DNA of 64,000 nt, taken from NCBI GenBank assembly GCA_964361705.1, contig CAYIBP010000001.1:26727-90726 (forward strand). The letters are read 5' to 3'. The notes beneath the pieces were generated by a model. It ran no database searches. It worked only from the letters and a program-made list of their open reading frames with translations, and was not told the origin of the DNA. Of the stretch, positions 1-8,520 are shown one piece after another. Position 1 is the first letter of the stretch. Every line of letters starts with the position of its first letter. The position numbers and the translations under genes are program-made. Origin of the DNA: an uncultured Candidatus Saccharibacteria bacterium (GTDB lineage Bacteria > Patescibacteriota > Minisyncoccia > Phycocordibacterales > UBA9973).

Positions 1-140
1 TGACTGAAAAGAACCGCGTAGAAAGTATTAGCATTTTTTGCCAGAATTCCTAAAGAAGCAGAAATAAAAACAGCAACACCAATAAAAACCAAAAGAGAAA
101 CTATAATCAAGAAAAATTTATTTACTTTTTTTCTTTTCAT
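1..140 (-). CDS. ftsW: FtsW/RodA family protein, 5' part only (runs off window)
   Basis: ATG at 140 reads MKRKKVNKFFLIIVSLLVFIGVAVFISASLGILAKN, typical of SEDS TM1; directly downstream of mraY. Confidence 0.6.
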   Translation of the reverse strand, partial: MKRKKVNKFFLIIVSLLVFIGVAVFISASLGILAKNANTFYAVLFS

Positions 141-155
141 TTATTATTTATTCAT

Positions 156-1214
156 TTATCTACTTATTATAGCCAAAATCACGCCCAGGATAGCAAAAGC
201 AAAAGAAAAAATCCAAAAACGCATAGTCACTTTATAAGAAGGCCAACCGATGGCTTCAAAGTGATGATGTATAGGTGAAATTCTAAAAAGTTTTTTACCA
301 TTACGCAGTTTCCTTGAAAGAGTTTGCAAGATCACTGAACCAGAAGTTATCACGAGTGCCATAGCCACTACAGGTAAAATAAGCACCGAATCAGTAAGGA
401 ATGCTAAGGTCGCCAGCGTAACCGTAAGCCCCATTATACCCGTCTCTCCCATATAAAATCTGGCGGGAGGAATATTAAACCAGAGAAATGCCAAAATGCC
501 TCCGGTGATTACGCCTGAAAAAGCCGCAATGTCTATTTGATTGTTGGTGTAGGCTATGACCGCATAAGCGCCAAATATTGAAGCTAGTACTCCACCAGAG
601 AGTCCGTCTATACCATCTATGATTCCCCCTGAAAATGTGGCAAGAGTTACGAAGATAAAGAAAGGTATGAAAAGAAAACCTAATTCAAGTTCTCCTCCGA
701 AAGGTATATGTATTGAATGCACACCAAGTTTATTAAAAAACCAAAAGGCAACCAATAAAGACATAAATGAAATCAGAAGTGCTTTCCACTTACGCCAAGA
801 CGAGTGATCATGAGCAACTTTGCCATGACCATATATTTGTATCAGATCGTCCCAAAGACCAAGCAAAGAGCCAAAAAGTAAAGTAAAAAATAAAATGATT
901 GTCTGATTGCGACTCAGAAAATTTAGCTTTTCCGTGAATGGTGAAGGAAAAAGAACAGAAAGCAGATAAAATAAAAGTGTAGTAACTAGTATGGAAACCC
1001 AAATGATAATGCCTCCTACCCTAGGGGTACGCAACTCTTCTTTTTCATTATGAATCTTCTGAAAATCAGAACCAGGGGTGACGACACTACTTCTCGAATA
1101 CTTCTTCCACATTTTGTGTTTGTAAAAAAAATGTGTCGCAAAAGGCGTAATAAAAAGACCTATGAATAAGGCCACTATGGTCGGCAAGAAAATTTTGATC
1201 AAATCTATATACAT
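156..1214 (-). CDS. mraY: Phospho-N-acetylmuramoyl-pentapeptide transferase
   Basis: TPRVGG, GLWDD, DGIDGL, FNIPPARFYMGETG, PIHHHFEAIGW motifs; multiple TMs. Confidence 0.9.
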   Translation of the reverse strand: MYIDLIKIFLPTIVALFIGLFITPFATHFFYKHKMWKKYSRSSVVTPGSDFQKIHNEKEELRTPRVGGIIIWVSILVTTLLFYLLSVLFPSPFTEKLNFLSRNQTIILFFTLLFGSLLGLWDDLIQIYGHGKVAHDHSSWRKWKALLISFMSLLVAFWFFNKLGVHSIHIPFGGELELGFLFIPFFIFVTLATFSGGIIDGIDGLSGGVLASIFGAYAVIAYTNNQIDIAAFSGVITGGILAFLWFNIPPARFYMGETGIMGLTVTLATLAFLTDSVLILPVVAMALVITSGSVILQTLSRKLRNGKKLFRISPIHHHFEAIGWPSYKVTMRFWIFSFAFAILGVILAIISR

Positions 1215-1314
1215 TTAAACATTATAATACCCTCTTGGAGGGATATATCTTATATTATATCACATTATATTTATACCATTTTTTGATTAAAAAATATCCT
1301 TATGTTATCCTGTT

Positions 1315-2163
1315 ATGATGAATGGAAACACTTTCAAAAAAACCCTTATTATTTGCGTCTTTTTCTTGATGAGCGTCATCATAATCCAATTTTCATTTTA
1401 TTACTTTAATGAACTTAAAAAGGAGAAAAAGGCCGAAGCAGCTTATCAAGAAATACTCATTGAAGAGCTTGCACAAGAGGAAGAAAAAGCAAGACAAGAA
1501 AAATTCTTATATATCACGGGCAAATTTAATCCAGCAGAAAGAGAAGACTTTATACTCATACCCTCAAAATACGCTTTGTATGGAAGCAAAATATATACAC
1601 ATAAAGAAACTTATGCGGCATTTTTGACGATGGAAAGCGCGGCACGTAGAGATGATATAAAACTTATAGTGGCTTCAGCTACAAGAAATTTTGATTATCA
1701 AAAAGATATATGGAGTAGCAAATGGTCTGGCGCAACTCTCGTAGATGGCAAGAATTTGTCAAAGAGTATTCCCGACGAGCTCGCAAGATTTAAGAAAATT
1801 TTAGAATACAGCGCAGCTCCGACCACATCGCGACATCACTGGGGCACGGATATAGATATAAATGACGCTGATCCGGAATACTTTGAAACAGAACAAGGTA
1901 AGAAAGAGTATGAGTGGTTAAAAGCCAACGCTCCAGAATTTGGATTCTGTCAGGTATATAATACAAAAGACGAAGGCAGAATGTCCGGTTATAACGAAGA
2001 AAAATGGCACTGGTCTTATTTGCCTCTAGCTATCACGCTGACACAAGAATACAAAGAAATTGTAAAAGAAAAAGATATTTTTGGATTTCCCGGAGACGAG
2101 TTTGTGGCAGAACAAAATCTGATAGAGGATTATGTGCTTAGCATTAATCCTGCATGCCTTTAA
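1315..2163 (+). CDS. Membrane-anchored M15B D,D-carboxypeptidase (VanY-like)
   Basis: N-terminal TM; SATR, SRHHWGTDID (SxHxxGxxxD) and EKWHW zinc motifs. Confidence 0.85.
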   Translation: MMNGNTFKKTLIICVFFLMSVIIIQFSFYYFNELKKEKKAEAAYQEILIEELAQEEEKARQEKFLYITGKFNPAEREDFILIPSKYALYGSKIYTHKETYAAFLTMESAARRDDIKLIVASATRNFDYQKDIWSSKWSGATLVDGKNLSKSIPDELARFKKILEYSAAPTTSRHHWGTDIDINDADPEYFETEQGKKEYEWLKANAPEFGFCQVYNTKDEGRMSGYNEEKWHWSYLPLAITLTQEYKEIVKEKDIFGFPGDEFVAEQNLIEDYVLSINPACL

Positions 2164-2695
2164 TTTCTTTTTCTAAATTCTCTGCGTTGATATCTATAGA
2201 ATTTTTTATCTCTTTATATTCTGGCAACTCTTCTATTGATTTTATACCTAAAAACGAAAGTGTTCCAAAGGTTGTCCTGTAAATATACTTGCGGTTATCT
2301 GAAGGATCAATAATCTTCTCGACAAGACCCCTTATCGAAAGCGCCCGCAAAGTAAAACTTGAGTTTACTCCTCGTATATAATCTATCTCCGCTCTGTTTG
2401 CGCCATTTTTGTAAAGTATAATGGAAAGAGTCTCCAATGACGCTTTGGATAAATCTTTGTTCAGTTCTTCTTTCCATAGACTTTCTATTAAATCAGAAAA
2501 TTCTCCAGGTGTGCCAAGAGTGACCTCGTTATCTTTTTCTTGAAGTACTATTCCCCTACTACGCAAACTTTCTTTCAATTTTTCTATACTTTCAGATATC
2601 TCACTTTCTGAAACTTTCAAAAAATCAGAAAGTCTTTTCTTTGACATTGGTTCTCCCTTGAAAAAAAGTATTGCTTCTATTTTTTGTTCTAGCAT
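2144..2695 (-). CDS. scpB: SMC-Scp complex subunit ScpB
   Basis: IEAILF, LSKASLETLSIILYK, RAEIDYIRGVNS. Confidence 0.92.
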   Translation of the reverse strand: MLEQKIEAILFFKGEPMSKKRLSDFLKVSESEISESIEKLKESLRSRGIVLQEKDNEVTLGTPGEFSDLIESLWKEELNKDLSKASLETLSIILYKNGANRAEIDYIRGVNSSFTLRALSIRGLVEKIIDPSDNRKYIYRTTFGTLSFLGIKSIEELPEYKEIKNSIDINAENLEKEIKGMQD

Positions 2696-2707
2696 ATTAT
2701 CAAAATT

Positions 2708-3493
2708 TTAAGAATAAATTATTTCTTTCTGTTCTTCGCTCGTGTTTTTATTTATAAGAATATCTCCAAAACTTCCCTCTTGCGCCACATGAAGTATCCC
2801 CTGTCTCACAAGCTCTAGCATAGCAAGAAAACTTATAATTACAATGACTTTTTCTTCTTTTGTCTTTGCCTTACCTGAAAAATCGCTAAAACTCATCTGA
2901 AGGGTTTTTTCTATCCTCTCAGTGAGCTTGGAAATCATCTCCTCAATACTTATAACCTTTTTAACTTCAACCTCTGGTAATGAGATTTTCTTTGGTATTT
3001 TGCCCAATACTTCATGAGCAAGCATCATCATCTTTTCCTTTGTGATTTGATTATCCGGTAAAAAAACAAGAAGCTCGTTCTTTTTTTCTAGTGGCGCAAA
3101 GATAATCTGTCCGCCAAATAAATCTTTGATATGAGTTGATAGTTTTGTATAAAATTCGTATTGCTTTAATCTATCTTCAAGAATTGAGATATCACCTTTC
3201 TCCTCATCAGTCAGAGCGAGATTCGGCAGAAGTGATTTTGATTTTATAAGTATTAGAGTAGCGGCTACAACTATGAAACTAGAAACTTCATGTGTTTTTT
3301 TATCTGTAGACATATCTGAATTTTCCTTTATGGAATTCAGATAATTAATATAATCTTCTGTAACCTGCGCAAGAGATAAATCATTGATGAAAAATTTCTT
3401 TTCTTCTATGAGCGAAAGAAGCAAATGGAAAGGTCCTTCAAAAACACCTGTCTTGACCGTGTACGTATTCTTTTGTATAGCATCAGCTTCCAC
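2708..3493 (-). CDS. scpA: Segregation/condensation protein ScpA
   Basis: FEGPFHLLLSLI, AATLILIKSKSLLP, FLAMLELVRQG; adjacent to scpB. Confidence 0.92.
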   Translation of the reverse strand: MEADAIQKNTYTVKTGVFEGPFHLLLSLIEEKKFFINDLSLAQVTEDYINYLNSIKENSDMSTDKKTHEVSSFIVVAATLILIKSKSLLPNLALTDEEKGDISILEDRLKQYEFYTKLSTHIKDLFGGQIIFAPLEKKNELLVFLPDNQITKEKMMMLAHEVLGKIPKKISLPEVEVKKVISIEEMISKLTERIEKTLQMSFSDFSGKAKTKEEKVIVIISFLAMLELVRQGILHVAQEGSFGDILINKNTSEEQKEIIYS

Positions 3494-3514
3494 TTGTGAT
3501 TACAAAATCATGTT

Positions 3515-4210
3515 TTACTTCAAAGTAATTTTTTCCAAGACTACTGGTTTGAGAGGCCTGTCATTATCATCTACACTAACTGTATTTATAGACGTAACGA
3601 CATTCATGCCAGATGTGACTTTGCCAAAGACTGTGTGTTTTGTATCTAGAAAATTATTTGGAGCGACGTTTATAAAAAACTGACTGCCATTTGTATTTGG
3701 CCCTGCATTCGCCATAGAGATAGTGCCTACGTCGTTTTTATTTGATGCTGTTATCTCGTCTTCAAATTTATAACCCGGACCTCCTGTACCCCAAAAATCT
3801 TTCTTAGAATCATCTTTTGACAGAGGGTCACCACCTTGATTCATAAAACCTTTTATAACTCGATGAAATTTTGTACCATCATAAAAACCGCTCTTTGCCA
3901 ATTTTACAAAATTCTCTGTCGTCTTTGGAGTATTAGCATTTAATTCAATAGTAATGTCGCCTTTGTTTGTGTGTAATATAGCTATCATAACTTTTTTATT
4001 ATCTTGTGTATTATTTGTAATTTGTCCATCAACTTGACCAATAGCAATAGATTGCCCTGATCCGTCGACTGTAGCGTCATCGCTGTATTGATTATCCAAG
4101 GAAGCATCTGAAGTCATTTTGAGTGAATCCTCCACAGTATCCCCTTTCAAAAAATAATAACCAATACCTAACACGCATATAATCAAAAGAATCGTTAACG
4201 TTGTTTTCAT
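3515..4210 (-). CDS. Cyclophilin-type peptidyl-prolyl isomerase with N-terminal membrane anchor
   Basis: FYDGTKFHRVIKGFMNQGGDP, SMANAGPNTNGSQFFI, HTVFGKV. Confidence 0.93.
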   Translation of the reverse strand: MKTTLTILLIICVLGIGYYFLKGDTVEDSLKMTSDASLDNQYSDDATVDGSGQSIAIGQVDGQITNNTQDNKKVMIAILHTNKGDITIELNANTPKTTENFVKLAKSGFYDGTKFHRVIKGFMNQGGDPLSKDDSKKDFWGTGGPGYKFEDEITASNKNDVGTISMANAGPNTNGSQFFINVAPNNFLDTKHTVFGKVTSGMNVVTSINTVSVDDNDRPLKPVVLEKITLK

Positions 4211-4259
4211 AATTGCAAATTATTATATACTTTTTTAAAATTTTAGCGAACTATTAATT

Positions 4260-4628
4260 TTATTTTCCCGAAACAAATTTCATTGATATAGAATTCACAC
4301 AGTGTCGGATGTTTTTGTCTGTCAGACCTTCGCCCTCAAACACATGTCCGAGATGACCTCCACATCTAGCGCAGGTAATCTCTGTGCGTGCTCCGTCTTT
4401 ATCCACAGTTTTTTTAACAGCGCCTTTTATTTCATCATCAAAACTCGGCCATCCACAAGTGGATTCAAATTTATCTTTGGAATCATACAGCGGAGCATCG
4501 CATTGTCGGCATACATAAACGCCAGTTTCTTTGTTGTTCACATATTCGCCAGTAAAAGGCATCTCTGTGCCTTTGTCCACGATCACTCTCTTTTCTTCTT
4601 CTGTTAATTCATTTAGTTGCATAATCAT
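4260..4628 (-). CDS. msrB: Peptide methionine sulfoxide reductase B
   Basis: [26 protein letters not shown]. Confidence 0.95.
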   Translation of the reverse strand: MIMQLNELTEEEKRVIVDKGTEMPFTGEYVNNKETGVYVCRQCDAPLYDSKDKFESTCGWPSFDDEIKGAVKKTVDKDGARTEITCARCGGHLGHVFEGEGLTDKNIRHCVNSISMKFVSGK

Positions 4629-4708
4629 GTCTATACTTAATAAATAATATCATTTATACCCCTATACTACAAAACAATTACATTTTTAATGGCTTATTTT
4701 ATCTAAGA

Positions 4709-4743
4709 TAACGGATTGAAAGCTATAGCTACTATAATGTTAT
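4709..4743. repeat. 35-bp imperfect palindromic site, inverted partner of 5359-5393
   Basis: TAACGGATTGAAAGCTATAGCTACTATAATGTTAT; 27/35 to reverse complement of 5359-5393 and 26/35 to 31788-31822 (hand count). Confidence 0.65.
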
Positions 4744-4788
4744 TATAACATTATTATAATAAACATTCATTTTTTACCTTTTTAAAAT

Positions 4789-5349
4789 TTACAAATTAAA
4801 TGTCTTTTCTAACAAATCTCTATTTGTAATATCTTTCGCTAAAATAAAATGAACATATTTCGCTACTCCCCAATAATTTGCTATGAAATCAATTTCTTTT
4901 TGACACGGATACGGGTAAACCCAAACACTATCGTTGAATCGAATACAACCTAATTCTTTCATTTTTTCTCTTAAAGAATCTCTTGCTGGTTTCTTTTTTT
5001 CTGGAATATCAAAAACAATCACACGAAAAAACCTATCCCAAATCTTTGGGAATTTGAACTCCATGTTTTCATAGTTAAAACGCAAAAATATTTCTCTGCC
5101 ATTTTCTGTAAGAACAACTTTATGAAAGTCTCCTTCTTCCTTAAAACTTATAAAATTTAATTTTCTTAATTTTAAAAAATAATGTGGAATATTTTTTGGT
5201 TTTTTATTTAATCCGAAAATTTCTTTCACCAATATTTTAGTGATTTTGTAACTTGTTCTCCTATTAGACAAAGCAACAGCAATACCTATCCCCATTCCTA
5301 AAGCGCGAATTATCTTACCCGTATTTGATTCTTGATCTATTATTTTCAT
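4789..5349 (-). CDS. PaaX-like regulator (wHTH + Cas2-like domain), CPR-type
   Basis: LTENG, WDRFFRVIVFDIPEKKKPARDSLR, SVWVYP. Confidence 0.8.
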   Translation of the reverse strand: MKIIDQESNTGKIIRALGMGIGIAVALSNRRTSYKITKILVKEIFGLNKKPKNIPHYFLKLRKLNFISFKEEGDFHKVVLTENGREIFLRFNYENMEFKFPKIWDRFFRVIVFDIPEKKKPARDSLREKMKELGCIRFNDSVWVYPYPCQKEIDFIANYWGVAKYVHFILAKDITNRDLLEKTFNL

Positions 5350-5358
5350 AAAATGATG

Positions 5359-5393
5359 ATAACATATTGATAGCGGTAGCGTCCAATCCGTTA
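5359..5393. repeat. 35-bp site overlapping promoter of the PaaX-like gene
   Basis: ATAACATATTGATAGCGGTAGCGTCCAATCCGTTA, inverted copy of 4709-4743; abuts TGn-TATCAT-N6-ATG. Confidence 0.65.
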
Positions 5394-5459
5394 GGATGGT
5401 TTATTTGAAATTATATGATTATATGGAAGAAATTGTATTTATTAAGCATCTTATTTTAT

Positions 5460-5684
5460 TTATTCAATATCTATAGACAAAAGTTTGGTCGGAGTGTGAT
5501 GTCCGTTTATAATACGCGCTTTGTTTTTAGAAATTTTAAAATGGAGAGATACTAAATCAAGTACGCGATCATTTGCCATATTATTTTTGGCTTTTTCTTT
5601 TACAGAAATTAAAAAATGATTTTGGTCTTTTTGTTCAAATTTTTCTGTTCGAGCGGAAGTTATGACTTTGATATGTATGTACAT
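5460..5684 (-). CDS. DUF167/YggU family protein
   Basis: Start moved to MYIHIKVIT; SVKEKAKNNMANDRV and GHHTPTK match the DUF167 pattern. Confidence 0.75.
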   Translation of the reverse strand: MYIHIKVITSARTEKFEQKDQNHFLISVKEKAKNNMANDRVLDLVSLHFKISKNKARIINGHHTPTKLLSIDIE

Positions 5685-5688
5685 AACC

Positions 5689-7182
5689 TTATTTCTCCAA
5701 ATCCAAAATCTCATCAATGCGAATCTTGGCGACGAATTCTGGCACGTGAGACACTAAAATCAGAGCTCCCTTGTATTGATTCACAGCTTCGGCAATGATC
5801 GGAATATGGCGAAAATTTATATGGTTTGTCGGTTCATCTAAGATAAGCAATCCAGGACGCTCCAAAACTAAACGCGCAAAAGCCAGCAATCCTTTCTGCC
5901 CTTCTGACAAACTCCCAACTTTTGTATTCATTAATTCCGCGGTAATCAAAAAACTCGCTGCAGTCGCGCGCATTTTTTCTTCATAAAGAGGCACACCACC
6001 TGCGATCATCGCGCTAGCCAAGGATTGATACACGGTATGTTCAAAATTTAAAGTGGAAAAATCTTGTCTATAATATCCTACACGAATACCAGATAGTATC
6101 TGCGATCCTTCAGCTGTGTCGTTTGCCAAATGTTCGAGCAGAGTGCTCTTGCCTATGCCGTTTGGACCTTTCAAAAGTAAGTGTTGATTCTTTTTTAATT
6201 TTATATTTGCTTTGTGTTTTACGAGTTTACCGGTCTTTGCATTCATCGTGGAAAAAGATGTGATGGTAATGATATCTCCATTTATGTCCTCTTGTACTGG
6301 AATAGTAAAATCTCTGATTGTTTTATCTTCTTTTCTGACATCCACCATTTCTTCTTCGAGTTCTTCGGCTTTTTCACGCATTCTTTTTGCTACGAGACGA
6401 AGTTGTCCGCCTTTGTGAGCAAAGACATTTGACTGATCTTTTTTTGCTTGAATCTCTTTTGCCAGCTGAGCATTCTTCATGTTTTCTTTCTCCACTCGCG
6501 CGGTTATTTCTTTTAACACATTTTTATAGTTACCGACATATTGCTCTACTTTGCGAGTATGCACATCGAGATATAAAACACCGTCCGAAAAAGCATTTAA
6601 GAATTCTGCATCATGAGATATCACCACCATGGTCTTTTTATAATCAACCAAGAATTTTGTCAGGTGTAAAATACCGGCATGATCTAGATTATTTGTCGGC
6701 TCATCTAGTAAAAGTAAATCTGGATCCAAAATCAAAGCCGAGGCGAGTAGTATTCTAGCGAGCTGTCCGCCCGAAAAAGTGCCCAGTGTTTTATCGTGGA
6801 GTTTCGTATGACCTTTCAGATTTACCACTTCGAGAACCTCATCTATACGCGGATCTATGTCATAAATTTTCGTAGTAAAACCATTCTCAAGAAAAGATTT
6901 CTCAAAAAATTCTCGCACCGTCAACACTAGATCTTCTCTTGGTATCACTTGCTTTGCTGTAGCGATACTCAATTTATTATTCATAATAACCAGACCGGAT
7001 TCGGGCTTCAATACTCCACGCATAAGACCAAAGATTGTCGTCTTGCCTGCGCCGTTTTGCCCCATAATCGTGATTTTTGAACCTCTTCGCAAGGGGAAAT
7101 AAACCTCTTCTAAAATAGGTTTATTGGGCCCATGTTCAAATGAAACCTTGTCGAATCGCAAGATTACTTCTTCTTTTGCCAT
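5689..7182 (-). CDS. ABC-F family ATPase
   Basis: Two ABC domains (GQNGAGKT, GPNGIGKS; LDEPTN twice), no TM segments. Confidence 0.9.
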   Translation of the reverse strand: MAKEEVILRFDKVSFEHGPNKPILEEVYFPLRRGSKITIMGQNGAGKTTIFGLMRGVLKPESGLVIMNNKLSIATAKQVIPREDLVLTVREFFEKSFLENGFTTKIYDIDPRIDEVLEVVNLKGHTKLHDKTLGTFSGGQLARILLASALILDPDLLLLDEPTNNLDHAGILHLTKFLVDYKKTMVVISHDAEFLNAFSDGVLYLDVHTRKVEQYVGNYKNVLKEITARVEKENMKNAQLAKEIQAKKDQSNVFAHKGGQLRLVAKRMREKAEELEEEMVDVRKEDKTIRDFTIPVQEDINGDIITITSFSTMNAKTGKLVKHKANIKLKKNQHLLLKGPNGIGKSTLLEHLANDTAEGSQILSGIRVGYYRQDFSTLNFEHTVYQSLASAMIAGGVPLYEEKMRATAASFLITAELMNTKVGSLSEGQKGLLAFARLVLERPGLLILDEPTNHINFRHIPIIAEAVNQYKGALILVSHVPEFVAKIRIDEILDLEK

Positions 7183-7237
7183 ATTTTATGAGAATACAGT
7201 ATTTTATAATAAATAGAAAGTATGTTAAATTATACCC

Positions 7238-8464
7238 ATGCAAGATAAAGCTAAAGAGAGGAATTGGAAACTACCAAAGATCATCATCCTCTTCACTATA
7301 TTCCTAGACGCGCTCGGTATTGGCTTTATCACTCCAGTCCTCCCCTACTTTGTCGAATCCTTTGATGTGCCAAAAATAGTCGTCACCTCGCTCTTTGCCA
7401 CATTTTCTATTTTTGCTTTTTTCAGCGCGCCGATACTCGGAATGATTTCCGACAGAAAAGGCAGGAGACCGATTTTGATGTTGAGTCTTTTTTCTTCTGC
7501 TGTTGGCTGGGCAGTTTTTGCATTCTCACACTCTATACTAGGACTTTTCATCGGTAGAATCATAGACGGAGCTGCTGCAGGAAATATTTCCACCGCACAA
7601 AATTACTTGGTGGATATATCAAAAGATCAAAAAGACTTAAACAAAAATCTCGGCTGGATTGGGGCGGTGTTTGGTGTGGGATTTGTCATAGGCCCTCTGG
7701 CAAGCGGAATACTTTTTGATTTTGACAAAAGACTGCCTTTTATCATAGTGGGAATAATGGCATTACTCAATACCATTCTCGCCTATTTTTTCTTACCTGA
7801 AACCAACGGACATAAAAGTGAGAAAAAAATATCTATCAACCCCTTTGCTCCTATAATAAATGGATTTAAGAATAAAAGACTTTTACCTCTGTATCTGGCA
7901 TGGCTCTTCTTTGGAATATCCATCGCCCTCTCGCAAGCTATCTTGGGTCTATATGTGGATGCGCTGTTCTCTTGGCGAGCACTGACGGCCGGCCTGGTGA
8001 TGACGATGATCGGAGTAATAATATTTTTAAACCAAACTGTCCTGACTCATAAAGTGTGGCTCCGATATTTCAAAGAAGCTAAATTGATGGTGTATATGAT
8101 CGTCCCTTTTGCGTTAGGTTTCTTTATAATGACATTGCCCTACAAATTCGCTTTTATTTTTGGTATTATCATAGCAAGCCTTGCGTACTCTACTCTTCGC
8201 ATAATAACAAATAGTCAAGTATTGAATTTATGCCACAAAGAAGAACAGGGTGAAGTGATGGGAATATTGGCCTCTTTAATTTCTTTTTCCCTTGTTCTAG
8301 GCCCTATGATAGGTGGTTCAGCCTATGAAATATCTACAGGACTACCATTTATACTCACGGGTACATTGCTTCTGGTTACTTTCATTTTCATATTTAATAC
8401 TTACAAGCATATAAAGCCACATAGCCACACGCACGATCCAGAAGAATCCACAAATATCGTTTGA
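7238..8464 (+). CDS. MFS transporter, TetA/DHA1-like
   Basis: GMISDRKGRRP motif A, GRIIDG, GFVIGP motif C; about 12 TMs. Confidence 0.88.
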   Translation: MQDKAKERNWKLPKIIILFTIFLDALGIGFITPVLPYFVESFDVPKIVVTSLFATFSIFAFFSAPILGMISDRKGRRPILMLSLFSSAVGWAVFAFSHSILGLFIGRIIDGAAAGNISTAQNYLVDISKDQKDLNKNLGWIGAVFGVGFVIGPLASGILFDFDKRLPFIIVGIMALLNTILAYFFLPETNGHKSEKKISINPFAPIINGFKNKRLLPLYLAWLFFGISIALSQAILGLYVDALFSWRALTAGLVMTMIGVIIFLNQTVLTHKVWLRYFKEAKLMVYMIVPFALGFFIMTLPYKFAFIFGIIIASLAYSTLRIITNSQVLNLCHKEEQGEVMGILASLISFSLVLGPMIGGSAYEISTGLPFILTGTLLLVTFIFIFNTYKHIKPHSHTHDPEESTNIV

Positions 8465-8520
8465 TACTTATTAATATGATTGATACAAAACAGAAAAAAT
8501 AATAGAAAATAAAAAATCAC

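Noticed and set aside
1315-2163. Vancomycin resistance gene cluster
   Set aside because: Lone M15B peptidase next to mraY/ftsW, with no vanHAX or vanRS
4789-5349. Cas2 / CRISPR-Cas locus (also 41081-41614)
   Set aside because: The Cas2-like FDIPE domain is fused to a wHTH as in PaaX; no cas1, other cas genes or repeat-spacer array in the window
7238-8464. Bona fide tetA resistance gene
   Set aside because: Only family-level DHA1 motifs; no tetR or mobile context; substrate cannot be assigned
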